Origin: a virus
Taxonomy: Duplodnaviria; Caudoviricetes
Length of the DNA: 64,000 bases
Reading direction: 5' to 3' (one strand)
IMG/VR virus record: IMGVR_UViG_3300021425_002620
Shown here: positions 28,036 to 37,351 of the stretch, in pieces
Layout: every line of letters begins with the position of its first letter
Position numbering within the stretch: the stretch's first letter is position 1
Notes under the pieces: generated by a model
What the model was told of the DNA's origin: nothing
Seen by the model: the letters and a program-made list of their open reading frames with translations, nothing else
Database searches by the model: none
Position numbers and translations under genes: made by a program

Positions 28036-31000
28036 TTATTGCTCCTCCCATGTAAAGCTCGCACTTAACGAAACCTGTGTATCAGTTGTAGCTGTTTGGT
28101 TACTATATGCTGCTAACCAAAGTGTTGCGATCTCGTCAGTAAGTGGATAACTTATATACTCCTTATTATAATCAAAATATGTTGCTAAGTCAAATTCTTC
28201 TGCACCTGGTGCAATGTAGTAACTTGCTAAAGAAATACCTGTTCCTGGAATAGGTGCTTGCGCTCTTAGTGCTACTTCTACAGAACTTAAACGTTCTTTT
28301 TCAAATGTAGTTTCGCTTGGATTTAATTCATTTCCATTTGGATCAAAAACACCGTCTTTTAAGAAAGTTGCGCCCGATGCAAGAACTAGTGTACCGTTAT
28401 AAATTTCAGTTGGATAAAAATGATATGCATCACTTTCTTTTTCTAATCTACCCAATACATTAATTAATGTTTCACTGCCGTTTAGACTTGCTAAGAACCA
28501 ACCATAAGTAAAGTCACCGTTTTCTTTTAAATAAGTGATGTTATCTACAGGAATAGTATAACTTGCGTTTACATCAGATTCTGCTGTAACACTAAGTGTG
28601 CCAACTGTTTGTACATTATTTTGATATATTGGTGTTTTAAGTAATGTTAGTTTAGCATTAACATTACCTGAAGATCCTACACTTAAACGTGTTGGATAAA
28701 CCTGTACACGGTTACGCACATCATCACCGTCACCTGATACAATATTATCTTTAGTTTTTAAACCGTATACCAGTGCTGGTCTGTCAACAATAACACTTAA
28801 TGAACTAACTTGGCTAATTGGTTTGTTCAAATACAAGTAACCGTTTGCTGTATCAATCCAAACAACTTTTACGTTTTGGTCTTGTGAGTTACCAGTAATA
28901 ACTTGTGCGCCAATATAAAATGTACTTACTACTGGAGCTTCTCTGTTTCCACTATCAAATGGTCCACGGTTAGTAACTTGTATGTAAGGTGATACTGGAT
29001 CGTCAGCATTTGCACTGTCTACTCCTAGTGTATATCTCGATCCATTTATATCAGTTGGTGTGTCTGAACTATGATTAAACAATCTTACAGTACCACGGTC
29101 ACCACCATCAATATAGTATGAAGCACCATACTTAACAAGGAACTCTGAATATGTACCATATGGATTAGCAAGTCTTGAGCTATTTGCTATACCAAATCTA
29201 TTTTCACTACCACCGCCATAAACTAGATATGTAATTGGAAGTGTTGCGTTACCTAGCGAAGATATCTTCAACTGGTTTGAACAACGTAGATGGTGTACTC
29301 TTACCCAACGAGCATCACCGTTGTCTACAGGAACATATGCTAAGAATAGAGCACCAACCGCACCATACCAACTAAATTCAACTTTAAGCATAGTTACCTT
29401 ACTAAAGTCAAAGTCCCAAACTGATGTTTGCTCTGCTGCTACATCACCGTTTCTAAATACTTCACCTGCACGTTTGTCTAGTACATTATCTGAATAAACT
29501 GCTGTACGTGTTTGTCCATCTAGGGCATCACCACTAAATCTTGATCTACCTACTCTATATTCATATACGCTAAAGTAAGTTGGATCTACGTTATCTCTAA
29601 CCCATGTTTTATATTTAAAGTTAAGATCGTCAATTTGTGTTTTTAGTTGTGCTGCATTTTGTGCAGTATCAATAGCAGTATCAATAAATCCTGCTGTAAT
29701 TGAGTTTGCATCTGCAGGTAGTGTTCCTGTATCTGTGTACATATATGGGAACATACCGTCATAACGTCTTTGTCCTAGTGTCCACGCTGGATCAACATCT
29801 TCGTATACGTTAGGTACAATAAACGGAACAGGTGTTTCAATGTAGTGTGGCCCGTTGCCTGTTGCTGTTATATCAATTACAGCATCGTCTGGGTTAACGT
29901 CAAACTCATTAAATCCTGCTTCTGTTGGATCTCTTAACTGTATTACAGTACCTTTAGGTCCAGTTACATTTGCAACGAAGTATGTCTTACCATTTACTAA
30001 GTCTGGACAATCTCCATAATAGTTTACGTAAGAACCTATGATAACTGGTTCGCCTGCATAAGCAATAGCATTGTTGTCTACATCAAGTTTTGCTGGTGCC
30101 TTGTATTTCTTCTTAAGTAATGAAGGATCATAAACTGCTGCATGAACCATTATTAATCCATCACGTAAAATAACTAAATCGCCAAACTGTCCTGCTGAGC
30201 CAAATTCTACAGAACCTGTGTATTCGTTATTAAAGTTGTTTATAATAATTGTTGCTAGATCTGTTAATCTAACTTTTTGTGCATCGCTTAGTGCAAAGAA
30301 TGTGCAAACATCAGTATAACCTGATAGTGAAAACGTAGTTTGTGTTCCACTGAATACTTCACCCGGTTGTTGTCCTGTCAATAACCATAATAAGTATTTG
30401 TGTCTTTCAACTTCTGCAACAACACCATTTCCGTCAGTTTGTGAATAAACTTTTAGCTCGCCATCTGAGTAATATTTCTTAGCATTATACGCTGTGGCTG
30501 CATTGCCACCGTACTGTAAGTCACTAGCATAACCTCTAACAACATACTTAACATCTCTTAAACACTTAAATTTAAGAACATCTTCGTATGCTTGTGCATC
30601 TGCGTATGAAAATCCTTTTTCTGCATTTACAAATTGAGTAGCATCGTATGCTAAACTTTCACCAATTAAATAACCTAGGTACTTGTCATAAACGCTAAAG
30701 ATTGTATCAAGTTTTGGTTTTTGACCATATGTTGCTGCTGCAACCTGTGCTTGTGTGATAGCACCTGTAGTTCCATCAGGTCCTGGTACTGGAGGATACT
30801 TACTACCCGGAGTACCATTTTTAGTTACTGCTTGAAGCATATATGCTGCAAGGTCTGCTACTTTATCTCTAGCTTCTAATTCGCCTAATTTATATAATTC
30901 GTCTCTTAGCACATAACGGAAGTAGTAGTGTGTTTCGCCTTCACGTTCTGCATCTAATAATAATGCTGTTTGATACGTAGTAGCATTTGTAATTGTATGA

Positions 31001-33798
31001 CCATTACCGCCCCAACGCAAGTCAGCAATATATGCATCTAGTGCAAATTCTAAGTCACGTAAACATTTAACATCATCTGTACTGCTTAGATTAATTGGAG
31101 CAACTGTGTCTAATATTGTTTGCTTGTTTGCATCAATAGCATCTGCTGCGTCAGTTAATGAACCGGCACCTCTCCAACTTCTATCTGGTACATCTCTGTT
31201 ACCAGGCAAGCTCTTAATAATATCGCCTTCCTTGATAACACCTAAAATAATTGCCATCAAATCTGTTGCTTTTTTAGCTTCTGCAATAGTACCTACATTT
31301 GCAGTATTTTGTGATTGACTGTTTTGTGTGTAACCACTATAAGCTGTTGCACTTGCACTTGTTGCAATAGTGTTTGCATCTGTGTCAATTGCTGTTTTAG
31401 CATTTGTTAGTGAAGCAGCCGCCCATGATGTATCTGGAGTAACAACTGCTGGTAAACCTGTATCGTTTTCTGCATCAATTGCATCTACAACAATTTGCAC
31501 AAGAGCTTCTGTCGCTGCACCGTCTGCTATGTCTGCATCAGTACCTGAAGTAACCTGTGTTACTGTATTACCTGGTGAACGTGTAATAGTAGTTCCTTCA
31601 ACAACATCACCAATAATTGCTACTAGTCTTTCATATGCTGCAACTGTTTGGTTTTTATGCACATCTGAAGTTTGAGCAAAGTCTTCGTAGAAGAAGAACT
31701 CTGTTGCTTCTACAGTAGCAAAGTTACCACCGTAACACATATCGTGTGCAACTGCGTTTGCTACAAACAACACATCACGAGTACATTTTGCAACTGGGTG
31801 TTTTGAGTTAGGATACTGTTGTTCTACCCAAGCATTTATTTCTGCTGTTAAGAAATCATAGTTTGCTTGAATTTTATCTTTACATGCTAATTGACTTGCT
31901 GTACGTCCGCTTGATGGATTTGTAAATGTAATAGCTTTTAAGAAATCAATTTGTTTTTGCTGTGTTTCTGAATAGTATTCAACACGAGTATTTTGATCTG
32001 CTGAAACTGCTCTTAAATTGTCATAGAATGTGTCAACTTCTAAATCTGCTGTTGCATCTACACCTGCTAATGCTTTAACTTGAGTTTCTGTGTCATTAAT
32101 TGCTCCAACAACTCTAGCCCATGGTGCAGTAACACTGCCATCAGCTGAACTTAGTGCTGCACTACTATCTTCAGGATATTCAGAACTGTTAGACTCTGCA
32201 AGCCCTAAGAAAGTTGCATGATAGTTAGTACCTAGTGTAATATCGTAACCAACACCTTCTAGTATGTACTCCAAGTCTCTAGTACAACGTGCTTGCGGAG
32301 CGTATGCTTGCCCTAAGATAATATCGTCGATTACACCTTTTAAGTGCTTATATGCAAGAACAGTTTGTTCTGTAACTGCTAGTGTTTGATCACTTTTGCT
32401 AAATCCATCGTAAAAGAAGAAACGTGCTGCGTCATGTGTAGCACTGTTACCGCCATATAATACATCATATGCAACTGCTTGTACTGCAAACAATACATCT
32501 CTTTCGCACTTGGCTTCAATTTGTCCTGTGTGAGATGAAAAGTAGTTTCCAATGAAACTGTTAACTTCTTCTGTTAAAAAATCTAAGTTAGCAAGAATTG
32601 CATCTTTAGCTGCAATTTGTCCTGCTGTTGCACCACTAGTTGGGTTTGTATATGTAATACCTTTTAAGAAGTTTATTTGTTCTGTTTGTGTTGCAGAACT
32701 ATAGTCTACTTTAGTTGGACCATCTACACAAATTGCTTCTATCCTATCAAAATAGATATCTACTGCTGCATCACCTGTTGTATCTACACCATCTAGTGCT
32801 TTAACTTCTGACCTTGTATTAGCAATAGCAGTAATAACTTCTGCAGGAAGTGTATTATCATCTTGATACTCATTTGAGTTCGCTTCTGCTAGACCTTGGA
32901 ATGTAGCATTATAGTTTGTTCCTAGTGTTATGTCAAGTCCTGCACCATCTAAGAAATAGCCTACATCTCTGTGACACTTAACTGCTTCATTTTGTATAAC
33001 AGATTTTTCAATAATACTGAATCTATTTTCGCTTAGATATTTTGTAGCAGTTGGATATTGATTAAAATTACTTGCTTCTTGTGCTGGCGGCTTACCACCT
33101 AGTGCATGATCTTCTAACTGTTCACCTGCTTGATTACCAAACGGCAATGGATTAACTCTAATAATAGATTGTGTACGTCTTACTACACGGAACTGGTCGC
33201 CTTCGCCTGTGTCGCTTGTTTCCCAATAGTAACCATCAAACTTATCAAAAATACCGTATTTGTTTACGCCCGGATTACGAATCTGTGGACGCTGTTCACT
33301 TCCTAACACATCGCCTTGGTAGCTTGAACTTTTAATACCAAAGGTTGCTGCAGAAACACGTCCTGGCTGATAACGGAAAAAACGCTTGGATGTTAATATT
33401 GCAACTTCGTCTGGTGGAGCAATTACCATTGCACCTGATTCTTCTGGCAAGTGCTTAACTCCCCATCCTAAGTTGCCGCCTATTCCTGAATACTGCGGTA
33501 GTGTGTTAGACACTTCGGAATACTCTAATGGCTCCGAAGACCATTCTGTTGGGTTAACATCATATGTGTTAACATCTGCAAAAATACCTAATGCAACTTC
33601 TGATCTTGGAATACCAAGTAACGAAAGTGCAACTTCTGATTGTATTTTATTCTGTTCTACAACAGGAATAGCTGTTTGGTCTGTTGCAACAACAACTGGA
33701 ATACTCTTTGCCGCAGGTTGTGCGCCCGGAGTAACTGGTGTTGTTCGACCAACGTTTACTACTGATGTGTTATTGTTTATATTGTTCAAGCTAGACAT
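28036..33798 (-). CDS. large putative virion protein (paralogue B) with six K/R-C-x-R-D helical repeats
   Basis: 1920-aa ORF; same scaffold motifs as paralogue A with a long repeat insertion. Confidence 0.75.
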   Translation of the reverse strand: MSSLNNINNNTSVVNVGRTTPVTPGAQPAAKSIPVVVATDQTAIPVVEQNKIQSEVALSLLGIPRSEVALGIFADVNTYDVNPTEWSSEPLEYSEVSNTLPQYSGIGGNLGWGVKHLPEESGAMVIAPPDEVAILTSKRFFRYQPGRVSAATFGIKSSSYQGDVLGSEQRPQIRNPGVNKYGIFDKFDGYYWETSDTGEGDQFRVVRRTQSIIRVNPLPFGNQAGEQLEDHALGGKPPAQEASNFNQYPTATKYLSENRFSIIEKSVIQNEAVKCHRDVGYFLDGAGLDITLGTNYNATFQGLAEANSNEYQDDNTLPAEVITAIANTRSEVKALDGVDTTGDAAVDIYFDRIEAICVDGPTKVDYSSATQTEQINFLKGITYTNPTSGATAGQIAAKDAILANLDFLTEEVNSFIGNYFSSHTGQIEAKCERDVLFAVQAVAYDVLYGGNSATHDAARFFFYDGFSKSDQTLAVTEQTVLAYKHLKGVIDDIILGQAYAPQARCTRDLEYILEGVGYDITLGTNYHATFLGLAESNSSEYPEDSSAALSSADGSVTAPWARVVGAINDTETQVKALAGVDATADLEVDTFYDNLRAVSADQNTRVEYYSETQQKQIDFLKAITFTNPSSGRTASQLACKDKIQANYDFLTAEINAWVEQQYPNSKHPVAKCTRDVLFVANAVAHDMCYGGNFATVEATEFFFYEDFAQTSDVHKNQTVAAYERLVAIIGDVVEGTTITRSPGNTVTQVTSGTDADIADGAATEALVQIVVDAIDAENDTGLPAVVTPDTSWAAASLTNAKTAIDTDANTIATSASATAYSGYTQNSQSQNTANVGTIAEAKKATDLMAIILGVIKEGDIIKSLPGNRDVPDRSWRGAGSLTDAADAIDANKQTILDTVAPINLSSTDDVKCLRDLEFALDAYIADLRWGGNGHTITNATTYQTALLLDAEREGETHYYFRYVLRDELYKLGELEARDKVADLAAYMLQAVTKNGTPGSKYPPVPGPDGTTGAITQAQVAAATYGQKPKLDTIFSVYDKYLGYLIGESLAYDATQFVNAEKGFSYADAQAYEDVLKFKCLRDVKYVVRGYASDLQYGGNAATAYNAKKYYSDGELKVYSQTDGNGVVAEVERHKYLLWLLTGQQPGEVFSGTQTTFSLSGYTDVCTFFALSDAQKVRLTDLATIIINNFNNEYTGSVEFGSAGQFGDLVILRDGLIMVHAAVYDPSLLKKKYKAPAKLDVDNNAIAYAGEPVIIGSYVNYYGDCPDLVNGKTYFVANVTGPKGTVIQLRDPTEAGFNEFDVNPDDAVIDITATGNGPHYIETPVPFIVPNVYEDVDPAWTLGQRRYDGMFPYMYTDTGTLPADANSITAGFIDTAIDTAQNAAQLKTQIDDLNFKYKTWVRDNVDPTYFSVYEYRVGRSRFSGDALDGQTRTAVYSDNVLDKRAGEVFRNGDVAAEQTSVWDFDFSKVTMLKVEFSWYGAVGALFLAYVPVDNGDARWVRVHHLRCSNQLKISSLGNATLPITYLVYGGGSENRFGIANSSRLANPYGTYSEFLVKYGASYYIDGGDRGTVRLFNHSSDTPTDINGSRYTLGVDSANADDPVSPYIQVTNRGPFDSGNREAPVVSTFYIGAQVITGNSQDQNVKVVWIDTANGYLYLNKPISQVSSLSVIVDRPALVYGLKTKDNIVSGDGDDVRNRVQVYPTRLSVGSSGNVNAKLTLLKTPIYQNNVQTVGTLSVTAESDVNASYTIPVDNITYLKENGDFTYGWFLASLNGSETLINVLGRLEKESDAYHFYPTEIYNGTLVLASGATFLKDGVFDPNGNELNPSETTFEKERLSSVEVALRAQAPIPGTGISLASYYIAPGAEEFDLATYFDYNKEYISYPLTDEIATLWLAAYSNQTATTDTQVSLSASFTWEEQ
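30375..33060 (-). repeat. six phycobiliprotein-like helical repeats
   Basis: KCHRDV, KCERDV, RCTRDL, KCTRDV, KCLRDL, KCLRDV; Cys codons at 32974, 32506, 32284, 31783, 31063, 30562. Confidence 0.85.
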
Positions 33799-36700
33799 TA
33801 GTTAATTTTCCCTTTGACGACTACAAAATTATTTTGTATTAGTATTCTTCCTGTTGTTCCGTTTGCTACATCTGTTATATCACCAAACGTATCACCAAAA
33901 TCAATACTTACAGTCTTGTTAGTAGTATTTATTGCTGTTATCTCTCCGTCCTGTGATGCATTGGGTGGAGTTGTTGCGTGATTTTCGAGTCTGATAATTG
34001 TTCCTATAGTTAATCCAGTCAAGTCATTTACTGTTACAACAAACGGCCCTCCTGGTTGTTGATTACCTTCTGATACAATACTTGCTGTACCATTGTAAAC
34101 ATATTCTGTTGCAACAATTCTGTATACTAAACCTTGTGAATTTGGATTAGCTGCACTTAGTGATGCATAGTTTGCTCTACCAAGTAAATCATTTACTTTT
34201 GCTTGCGTAATTCTAAAAGCAAAATTACCCTGTTGCATGTCGGCTGCTGATTGTATAAATTCAGCATATGGATTACCTACAATATCTTCTGAATAATCTG
34301 TTGAAAGTTCTTCAACATTGTTAGTTTTTACTAGTTCATTTATAAACATTGTAAGACGTCCTTGATTTGCTGTAAAATCAAAGAACTGGCCATTTTCTTG
34401 GTATACATATTGTGTACTATTGTAATCTGCATTTTGTTCTATTTGAATATTAACTTGATCGTATTCTGAATTCAATACATCTGGATTTTGTATAAACTCG
34501 CCTGCTGCACCAAGTATAACGTTTGGAGTAAGAATAATTTTACTTGCGCCATATGCAAATATACCCGAACCACAGTCATCAACTACATTAGGACTTACAA
34601 TTCCTTTTTGTACTGCACCAATACTAACTGGTCCTGGAAACCCTCTAAATGTATTATGAGCTATTTTAACATTCCTACATTCGTCAAAGAATACAGGACC
34701 ATATCCCTCATATACATATGTTAGTGTTCCATTTGTTATTTCGCAATTTAAAAGTGTAAGGTCTTGTGTAATTGAAGGGTCAAAGCTGTATACTCCTCCA
34801 CCAATTACATTTTGTATTTCAACATTTTCGATCAATATATCTTGACCATACATATGAACTGCATAGTTTAGATACGGATTTGCAATGTCTGAAGCAAGGA
34901 ATTGGTTTACAAAGTTTCCATCAATTCGAAGATTCTTAAGACTTACATTTTTAAAACTGGTATAATTGTCGTCATCTAGTCTAATTATTGAGTTACTTGC
35001 TGTTGCAGTATTCATTGACCATGGAGTTTTAATTAATTGAGTTTGATCGCCTTGACCATAAAAAGTAAAATCTGATGGTAAATTAAGTTCTTTAACATAG
35101 TATGTTCTATTTTCTAGTTCAACACTGTTTCTGTTTTGTGATTTAGCTTGATTAATAGATGCTTGAAGATTTATAGTATCGTCAATAACAATGCTTGTCG
35201 AAGCTGAACTTGATACAAAACTATCATCTAGTTCAAGTTGATTGTTATCAAGGTCGATGCTAGTAATTCGTGTGTCTATCCAACCTTTTACAGGATTAGC
35301 AGGCGGAACGAGCGGAACATGTACTACTCCACTAGTTTCAGTAAATGCATTTGTAAAATCTTTGCCAGCCCAATCTACTCTATCAAAATCATAATAGTCA
35401 GTCCACTGTATGTTACTTAAATTTGCTTGAAGTTCTTTTGGACCTAATACATAAATTAATTTATGCTGTACTTCTGCACCAACTTTTCTGTAAACACAGA
35501 TTGCGTGGTTAGCACTTTGTCTACTCAATGTTAATTGCACATTGTTGTTATTGTTAAACCCGCTTAGTGCTGCACTTGGAAGATCAACAATAGCACTAAT
35601 TGTTGCTGAACTAATTTTACCTGTTGTTATGTCCATTTGTGCAATTCGATAATCAAATGGTGTTTCGTCGCCAGCATCTGGCTCTCCAAATCCAACTGCT
35701 GCTACCGCTAAAGATAGATTTGTTGTTGTTTGATCTAAAGGTGGAATAGGAAGATTATCCTCATCAAGCTCTGTTGGACTTGCATTATATAATCTTACAT
35801 ATTGATTTGCTTTAAAATAGGATATATCGTTAGCGTTAACTGTAACAATATTTGTTAATGTATCTGTTAAAGTTTGAACTTGTAATAACGCACTTGTATC
35901 AAATGTTTGATCTACGTCAATTGATCCGCTAACTAAAAGATTACCGCGAATACTTACACCACCGTCAACACTTAATGCACCAGTATCAAAGTCTAATGCA
36001 CTTTGAGTACTATTAATTTTAACATCAACACCTTGTGCAATGTTTAATAGATTCGCTGATAGTGTTGCACTTTCAATACCACCGGTTGTAAATGTAAGTG
36101 TATCTTCGTCTGCACCAGCAGATGATTCAGTGGTAATTGTAGTATCTTGGTCGGCATCTTTAACGCCTCCTAGGCTACCCCAATATGTTCCGTCAAAGCC
36201 TTCATATGCATTTAATTCTGAATTAAATCTAATACCGCCTGCAGGTATAGTTCCTCTTTCTGCTGTGGTTCCTGATGGAATAACAACTGCATTAGTTCCT
36301 AAAATACCTAAATAACCTGTACCTTTTGCATTTATAGTTACATTTGTATTATCTGAAGTTGATGATATTGTTGTACCTGAAAATGACAATCCTTTGATAC
36401 TGTTTAATTCAACAAAACTAAAGTTTCCAGAACCATCTGTAACTAGATAATCATCAGCATTACCGTCTGTAATACTTAAATCTAACAATGATGTAGGTAT
36501 AACAGGCTTATCAGTTAGGTCATTATAACTTACTGCACCTGCTTCTGGTAGTGTTCTGTATTCTAAATCTCCACCACTATTAATAGTTAGGTACTGACCT
36601 TCAACACCGTCGTTTGCGATTTTTAATTTTATTTCAGATACAAAATCATCTTGAATTTGATTAAGACCAATTGTACCACTTAATTCTAAGAAATTAGATG

Positions 36701-37193
36701 CACCACCGCCTCCGCCAGTGCCTCCTGTCATTGTTATAAACTGTAGGTTACCAGCGCCGTCTGTTGCAAGAACTTGACCTGACTGACCTTCTACAACATC
36801 CAACTCGTTAACGCCAACAGTATTTGCTCGGATTTGAGCAGTGCTTGCTGTTCCGCTTAAATCGCCTCCAACAACAGGATCTTGTAAAGGTATGTTTTGA
36901 AAACTAATTATTCCAGAGCCGTTTGTTGTTAAAACTTGTCCAGATGAACCATCTAATATTCCAAGCTCTAAAATTGTACTTGGAATAGCTGGTTTGTCGC
37001 TTAGTTCTTCGTAACTACCAGTAAATTCGGTGTCTTGAATTACAATTCTCTGTGCTTCAACTGTACCAATTGCACTAATGTTTAGTGCATTTACAATACT
37101 ACTGCCAGTTAATAAAAGATTGTCACCTTCGGGTAATTCACGAAACTGGTTTCCGTTTGTGGTGTCTACTATAATTGGATATCTATTTGCCAT
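33798..37193 (-). CDS. tail fibre/spike-like protein with beta-helix (pectin lyase-like) region
   Basis: GQVL.T.G.G.L.F fibre repeats in the N-half; LQASINQAK...VEL..RTYYV and N/I/G-rich beta-helix coils in the C-half; GATAAATA at 37215-37222. Confidence 0.65.
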   Translation of the reverse strand: MANRYPIIVDTTNGNQFRELPEGDNLLLTGSSIVNALNISAIGTVEAQRIVIQDTEFTGSYEELSDKPAIPSTILELGILDGSSGQVLTTNGSGIISFQNIPLQDPVVGGDLSGTASTAQIRANTVGVNELDVVEGQSGQVLATDGAGNLQFITMTGGTGGGGGASNFLELSGTIGLNQIQDDFVSEIKLKIANDGVEGQYLTINSGGDLEYRTLPEAGAVSYNDLTDKPVIPTSLLDLSITDGNADDYLVTDGSGNFSFVELNSIKGLSFSGTTISSTSDNTNVTINAKGTGYLGILGTNAVVIPSGTTAERGTIPAGGIRFNSELNAYEGFDGTYWGSLGGVKDADQDTTITTESSAGADEDTLTFTTGGIESATLSANLLNIAQGVDVKINSTQSALDFDTGALSVDGGVSIRGNLLVSGSIDVDQTFDTSALLQVQTLTDTLTNIVTVNANDISYFKANQYVRLYNASPTELDEDNLPIPPLDQTTTNLSLAVAAVGFGEPDAGDETPFDYRIAQMDITTGKISSATISAIVDLPSAALSGFNNNNNVQLTLSRQSANHAICVYRKVGAEVQHKLIYVLGPKELQANLSNIQWTDYYDFDRVDWAGKDFTNAFTETSGVVHVPLVPPANPVKGWIDTRITSIDLDNNQLELDDSFVSSSASTSIVIDDTINLQASINQAKSQNRNSVELENRTYYVKELNLPSDFTFYGQGDQTQLIKTPWSMNTATASNSIIRLDDDNYTSFKNVSLKNLRIDGNFVNQFLASDIANPYLNYAVHMYGQDILIENVEIQNVIGGGVYSFDPSITQDLTLLNCEITNGTLTYVYEGYGPVFFDECRNVKIAHNTFRGFPGPVSIGAVQKGIVSPNVVDDCGSGIFAYGASKIILTPNVILGAAGEFIQNPDVLNSEYDQVNIQIEQNADYNSTQYVYQENGQFFDFTANQGRLTMFINELVKTNNVEELSTDYSEDIVGNPYAEFIQSAADMQQGNFAFRITQAKVNDLLGRANYASLSAANPNSQGLVYRIVATEYVYNGTASIVSEGNQQPGGPFVVTVNDLTGLTIGTIIRLENHATTPPNASQDGEITAINTTNKTVSIDFGDTFGDITDVANGTTGRILIQNNFVVVKGKIN

Positions 37194-37198
37194 TCGAA

Positions 37199-37351
37199 TT
37201 AATCCTGTTTTTTATATTTATCGGAATCCGTTACTTTAGGATTTCCGTTAATCTTTACTTGCAAACGAGGACCCCTGTTTGCAATAACTGTAGTTCGTTT
37301 ACCGTTTTCGTGTACAAAACTTTTGCCCTGTTTTCTTTTACTACTAGACAT
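37199..37351 (-). CDS. small basic hypothetical protein
   Basis: About 50-aa ORF MSSSKRKQGK..., ATG overlaps the stop of the 3064-aa gene. Confidence 0.35.
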   Translation of the reverse strand: MSSSKRKQGKSFVHENGKRTTVIANRGPRLQVKINGNPKVTDSDKYKKQD

